Assembly (NCBI GenBank): GCA_964016885.1
Contig: OZ024765.1
Location: 6,014,001 to 6,078,000 of the forward strand
Direction of reading: 5' to 3'
Origin: Eledone cirrhosa
Taxonomy: Eukaryota
Length of the DNA: 64,000 bases
Shown here one piece after another: positions 59,484-64,000 of the stretch (the stretch's first letter is position 1; each line of letters opens with the position of its first letter). The translations under genes were made by a program, and so were the position numbers. The notes beneath the pieces were generated by a model, which did not search any database, was not told the DNA's origin, and was given only the letters and a program-made list of their open reading frames with translations.

Positions 59484-59780
59484 TAATATTAATAAATAGA
59501 AAATATCTTTATAAAACCACATTTATTTTATTATACGTATTTCATGGGTACTAATATTTAAGTACGCTTTCGTCAGATAAAATATAATAATTGGTGTTAA
59601 AATAGTGATATACCTTCATGTGAATTTAATGGTATAAGTCCACCGAAGATATCTTCGTTTTATAAAGATATTTTCCATTTATTAATATTAATGATACGAC
59701 AGATAAATCTTGTTGAGTGCTTCTAATCTGTTGCAAAATTAACTTGGTTGAATAATCAACAAACCATATGACTCTTTGTT
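59484..59780. mobile_element. Fold-back element family D, hammerhead on minus strand, tail on right
   Basis: Minus strand CTGACGA (59570-59576), helix II gtact/agtac, GAAA (59540-59543), TACGTA, TA; outer inverted arms; tail TTGAGTGCTTC at 59713. Confidence 0.75.
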
Positions 59781-59829
59781 TATATATACATATATATACA
59801 TATATACATATACATATAGATAGATAGAT

Positions 59830-59924
<95 letters not shown>

Positions 59925-60717
59925 ACTCTCTCTTTCTCTCCAGCGTTCCAGATATATTTGGAAATATATTTTAAAGAAAAAGATTTTAAGAGCGGAAGTC
60001 GTTAGGAGAGATCCCTCCCTCATCCACTAGGGGTCTCAGAGATCACGTGGGGTGGAGTTGATTTGAACAAATAGGGGTGGAGTCGGGGAGGAAAGGTTGG
60101 TTTGATTTTTAATTAAAGAGGAAATAATTTTCAAGTGGTGTTGATGGTGGTGTAGGTGGTAGTGGTGGTTGTGGCGGGGATTGTGGTGGTGGTGGTAGTG
60201 GTTGTGGGTTGTGGTGGTGTGTGGTGATTGTGGTGGTGGTGGTTGTGGTTTGGGTGGTGGTGTGTGGTGAATGTGGTGGTGGTGATAATGGTGGTTGTGG
60301 TGGTTATGGGTGTGGTGTTGGTGTAAGTTGTGATGGCGTTGGTGTTCATGTTAGAGGTGGCGGTGATGATGATGGTTGTGGCGGTTTGATGTTGTTCCAT
60401 TTACTAACAAATAGAACAAGGTCAGAACGAACGAGGAGACACGGAGGGGTCAAGAATAGTGACTGAAAAGGTCATACATGTGTGATGAAAGACTTATGAA
60501 AATTAAACAGCCATCTGGTTACTAAACTACCCAAGGAATGGATTAGTTAACTAGTAATAAAACTGATACGTGTGTTTTATTGGCAACGCGTGTGTGTATA
60601 CATATATATATATATATATATATATGGGGGGGGGGGGGGGTCTCTGAAGATGTATATATAAGTACGTGAATAAATCCACGTACGGATGTATTCATAATGT
60701 TTACATGTCTTCCTACA

Positions 60718-60758
<41 letters not shown>

Positions 60759-60807
60759 CACGCATATATATGATGTGCGTGTGTATATATATATATATGT
60801 GTATATG

Positions 60808-60842
<35 letters not shown>

Positions 60843-60850
60843 ATGTGTAC

Positions 60851-60910
<60 letters not shown>

Positions 60911-60914
60911 GTAT

Positions 60915-61079
<165 letters not shown>

Positions 61080-61090
61080 TGTATATATAC

Positions 61091-61157
<67 letters not shown>

Positions 61158-61379
61158 AGTGTATATATACGTGTGTATATATATATATAAGTATATATAT
61201 ATATACTTATATATATATATATATACTTTATATATATATATATATATTATTATATACATATGTATATATATATGTATATATATATATATGTATATATACA
61301 TGTGTATATATATATATATATATACACATATGTGTGTATATATATATATATATACACGCGTGTATATATATATATACAC

Positions 61380-61445
<66 letters not shown>

Positions 61446-61778
61446 GTGTATATATATATATACATATGTGTATATATATATATATATACATATGTATATA
61501 TATATACACATGTGTGTATATATATAAATAAATACATACAAACATACGTCCCTGACGAAAGCTTGTCCCTAGTCCGTGCTATATATGTCATTATAAACAC
61601 CGTAACTATTATATACAAACAAGACTGCCCTATATAACATCACTGACACACCCTACATTCCACCCAGATCTAATCTCACCAGACAGACACTGTACACAAC
61701 CTCGACCACCCCAAATAAACGGGGCCTCCGTTACTTACGACGAGGTGTGCCCCAGTTATTTGATAGGACCGGGTTATA

Positions 61779-63240
61779 GCTGTTTACTTAAAACGAAAGA
61801 TCACCCCCAGTACGCCATTATATGGCCGTTGCTGTCTACTTAAAACGAAAGATTACCTCCTGTACACCATTATAGGGCCGTTGCTGTCTACTTAAAACGA
61901 AAGATTACCCCCAGTACGCCATTATAGGGCCGTTGCTGTCTACTTAAAACGAAAGATTACTCCCAGTACGCCATTATAGAGCCGTTGCTGTCTACTTAAA
62001 ACGAAAGATTACCCCCAGTACGCCATTATAGGGCCGTTGCTGTCTACTTAAAACGAAAGATTACCTCCTGTACACCATTATAGGGCCGTTGCTGTCGACT
62101 TAAAACGAAAGATTACCCCCAGTACGCCATTATAGGGCCGTTGCTGTCTACTTAAAACGAAAGATTACCCCAGTACACCATTATAGGGCCGTTGCTGCCT
62201 ACTTAAAACGAAAGATTACCCCCAGTACGCCATTATAGGGCCGTTGCTGTCTACTTAAAACGAAAGATTACCCCCAGTACGCCATTATAGGGCCGTTGCT
62301 GCCTACTTAAAACGAAAGATCACCCAGAGTACGCCATTATAGGGCCGTTGCTGTCTACTTAAAACGAAAGATTACCTCCTGTACACCATTATAGAGCCGT
62401 TGCTGTCTACTTAAAACGAAAGATTACCCCCAGTACGCCATTATAGAGCCGTTGCTGTCTACTTAAAACGAAAGATTACCCCCAGTACGCCATTATAGGG
62501 CCGTTGCTGTCTACTTAAAACGAAAGATTACCCCCAGTACGCCATTATAGAGCCGTTGCTGTCTACTTAAAACGAAAGATTACCCCCAGTACGCCATTAT
62601 AGAGCCGTTGCTGTCTACTTAAAACGAAAGATTACCCCAGTACACCATTATAGGGCCGTTGCTGTCTACTTAAAACGAAAGATTACCTCCTGTACACCAT
62701 TATAGAGCCGTTGCTGTCTACTTAAAACGAAAGATTACCCCAGTACACCATTATAGGGCCGTTGCTGTCTACTTAAAACGAAAGATTACCCCCAGTACGC
62801 CATTATAGGGCCGTTGCTGTCTACTTAAAACGAAAGATTACCCCCAGTACGCCATTATAGGGCCGTTGCTGTCTACTTAAAACGAAAGATTACCCCCAGT
62901 ACGCCATTATAGGGCCGTTGCTGTCTACTTAAAACGAAAGATTACCCCCAGTACGCCATTATAGGGCCGTTGCTGTCTACTTAAAACGAAAGATTACCCC
63001 CAGTACGCCATTATAGGGCCGTTGCTGTCTACTTAAAACGAAAGATTACCCCCAGTACGCCATTATAGGGCCGTTGCTGTCTACTTAAAACGAAAGATTA
63101 CCCCCAGTACGCCATTATAGGGCCGTTGCTGTCTACTTAAAACGAAAGATCACCCCCACTACGCTATTGCTGTCTACTCAAAACGAAAGATCACCCCCCA
63201 CTACGCTATTGTTGTCTACTTAAAACGAAAGATCACCTCC
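61779..63240. repeat. 52-bp minisatellite, ~28 copies
   Basis: Unit gctgtctacttaaaacgaaagattacccccagtacgccattatagggccgtt; period 52 (61841 to 61893). Confidence 0.95.
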
Positions 63241-63286
63241 TCCCTTTATTACACTACTATATACCCTGTCTTATTCTATCTTCCAG

Positions 63287-63395
63287 AACAAGGTGGTAAT
63301 GTGTGAACGGAAATTCTGTGAAAGTTCTGAAGGCTGTTATATGATTCTTTATGACAGTCACCGGTTGCCTAAGCAGTGTTGTGATCTATGTAAAG
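63287..63395 (+). CDS. BMPER: Next coding exon of BMPER/Crossveinless-2 homolog (C-half of VWC1)
   Basis: Pyrimidine tract and ttccag acceptor at 63281-63286, donor gtaag at 63396. The 109-nt exon (phase 0 to 1) reads NKVVMCERKFCESSEGCYMILYDSHRLPKQCCDLCK(G). It joins the upstream exon in frame and completes the VWC CCxxC motif. Confidence 0.88.
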
Positions 63396-63465
63396 GTAAG
63401 CCAGCTATCTATCAATCAATCTACCCCCCCCCCCTCTCTATCTATCTATCTATCTATCTATCTAT

Positions 63466-63950
63466 CATTTCCTCTGTATAGTGGCTATATATGGTGAAAG
63501 AGGTTATATGGTGGACAAGGTTGAGAGGACTGAGGACAGATGCCTTTCTCTCCGGACAACAACTCATTCCCTTCTTTAGGTACCACTTTAGAAGGAGAAT
63601 CAGAGTGGAGAGAGAGGTACTGCACCCCAGTAAATTGACTGAAAGGTGGGTGAATGTGGCGAGAATGGCCCGAGTGAGTGGGCCTTCTTTGTATATAAAC
63701 CTGTAGGTTGAAGAAGAGGGCAAAAGGAATAAAGGAGCACTTGCACAACATGCTCCTGGAGTTGAGGGTTGTTCTATCTACCGGGTATAAAACAACCCAT
63801 TTGTAACGCCCCCCCCCCCCCCTATTGGGGATTTCGATTGTTGAATTTGTTTGTTAAAACATTTTTTTGCACGATTGTATGTAAAATCCCCGGCATATGT
63901 CTTTGTATTGTCCCCTTTTCTTTTGCGCCCTTGTGGCAAATAAAGAAATA
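63466..63950 (+). mobile_element. Tx1/L1-like LINE 3' end in (TATC)n
   Basis: ORF end VKEVIWWTRLRGL..RIRVERE..RW..L*, 3' UTR, AATAAA; (TATC)n on both sides. Confidence 0.6.
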
Positions 63951-64000
63951 TATCTAACTATCTATCAATCTATCTCTCTATCTATCTGTCATCCCGCCGC

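Noticed and set aside
60024-60035. CTCF-like site CCACTAGGGGTC
   Set aside because: Single partial motif match with no supporting evidence.
61779-63240. Possible CRISPR array
   Set aside because: Units are head-to-tail near-identical with no unique spacers, the context is eukaryotic, and there are no cas genes.

Overview
AT-rich, microsatellite-saturated animal genomic DNA. The repeat content suggests a cephalopod/Octopus genome (inference), and there is one 200-N gap at 12724-12923. The only convincing host coding sequence is two short + strand exons, 19624-19709 and 63287-63395. They splice in frame across a ~43.6 kb GT-AG intron and give the first VWC (chordin-like CR) domain of a BMPER/Crossveinless-2 homolog. 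Almost all long ORFs in the track are translated simple repeats. The rest is transposon debris: two tRNA-derived SINE families, RTE, R4/Dong-like and Tx1/L1-like LINE fragments, a mariner fossil, hAT elements, Helitron-like ends, and tandem arrays born from TE fragments. The most interesting signal is about 30 short insertions from at least seven mutually dissimilar families, mostly in (TA)n tracts. They share one architecture: a fold-back hairpin, a minimal hammerhead-ribozyme motif (CUGANGA - helix II - GAAA - usually a 6-nt, often palindromic spacer - UH) and a one-sided tail with a YGAG (TTGAG/TCGAG) motif. This resembles non-autonomous Penelope-like retroelement ends or retrozymes, and includes variant cores. 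All calls were made by eye without database searches, and repeat boundaries are approximate.
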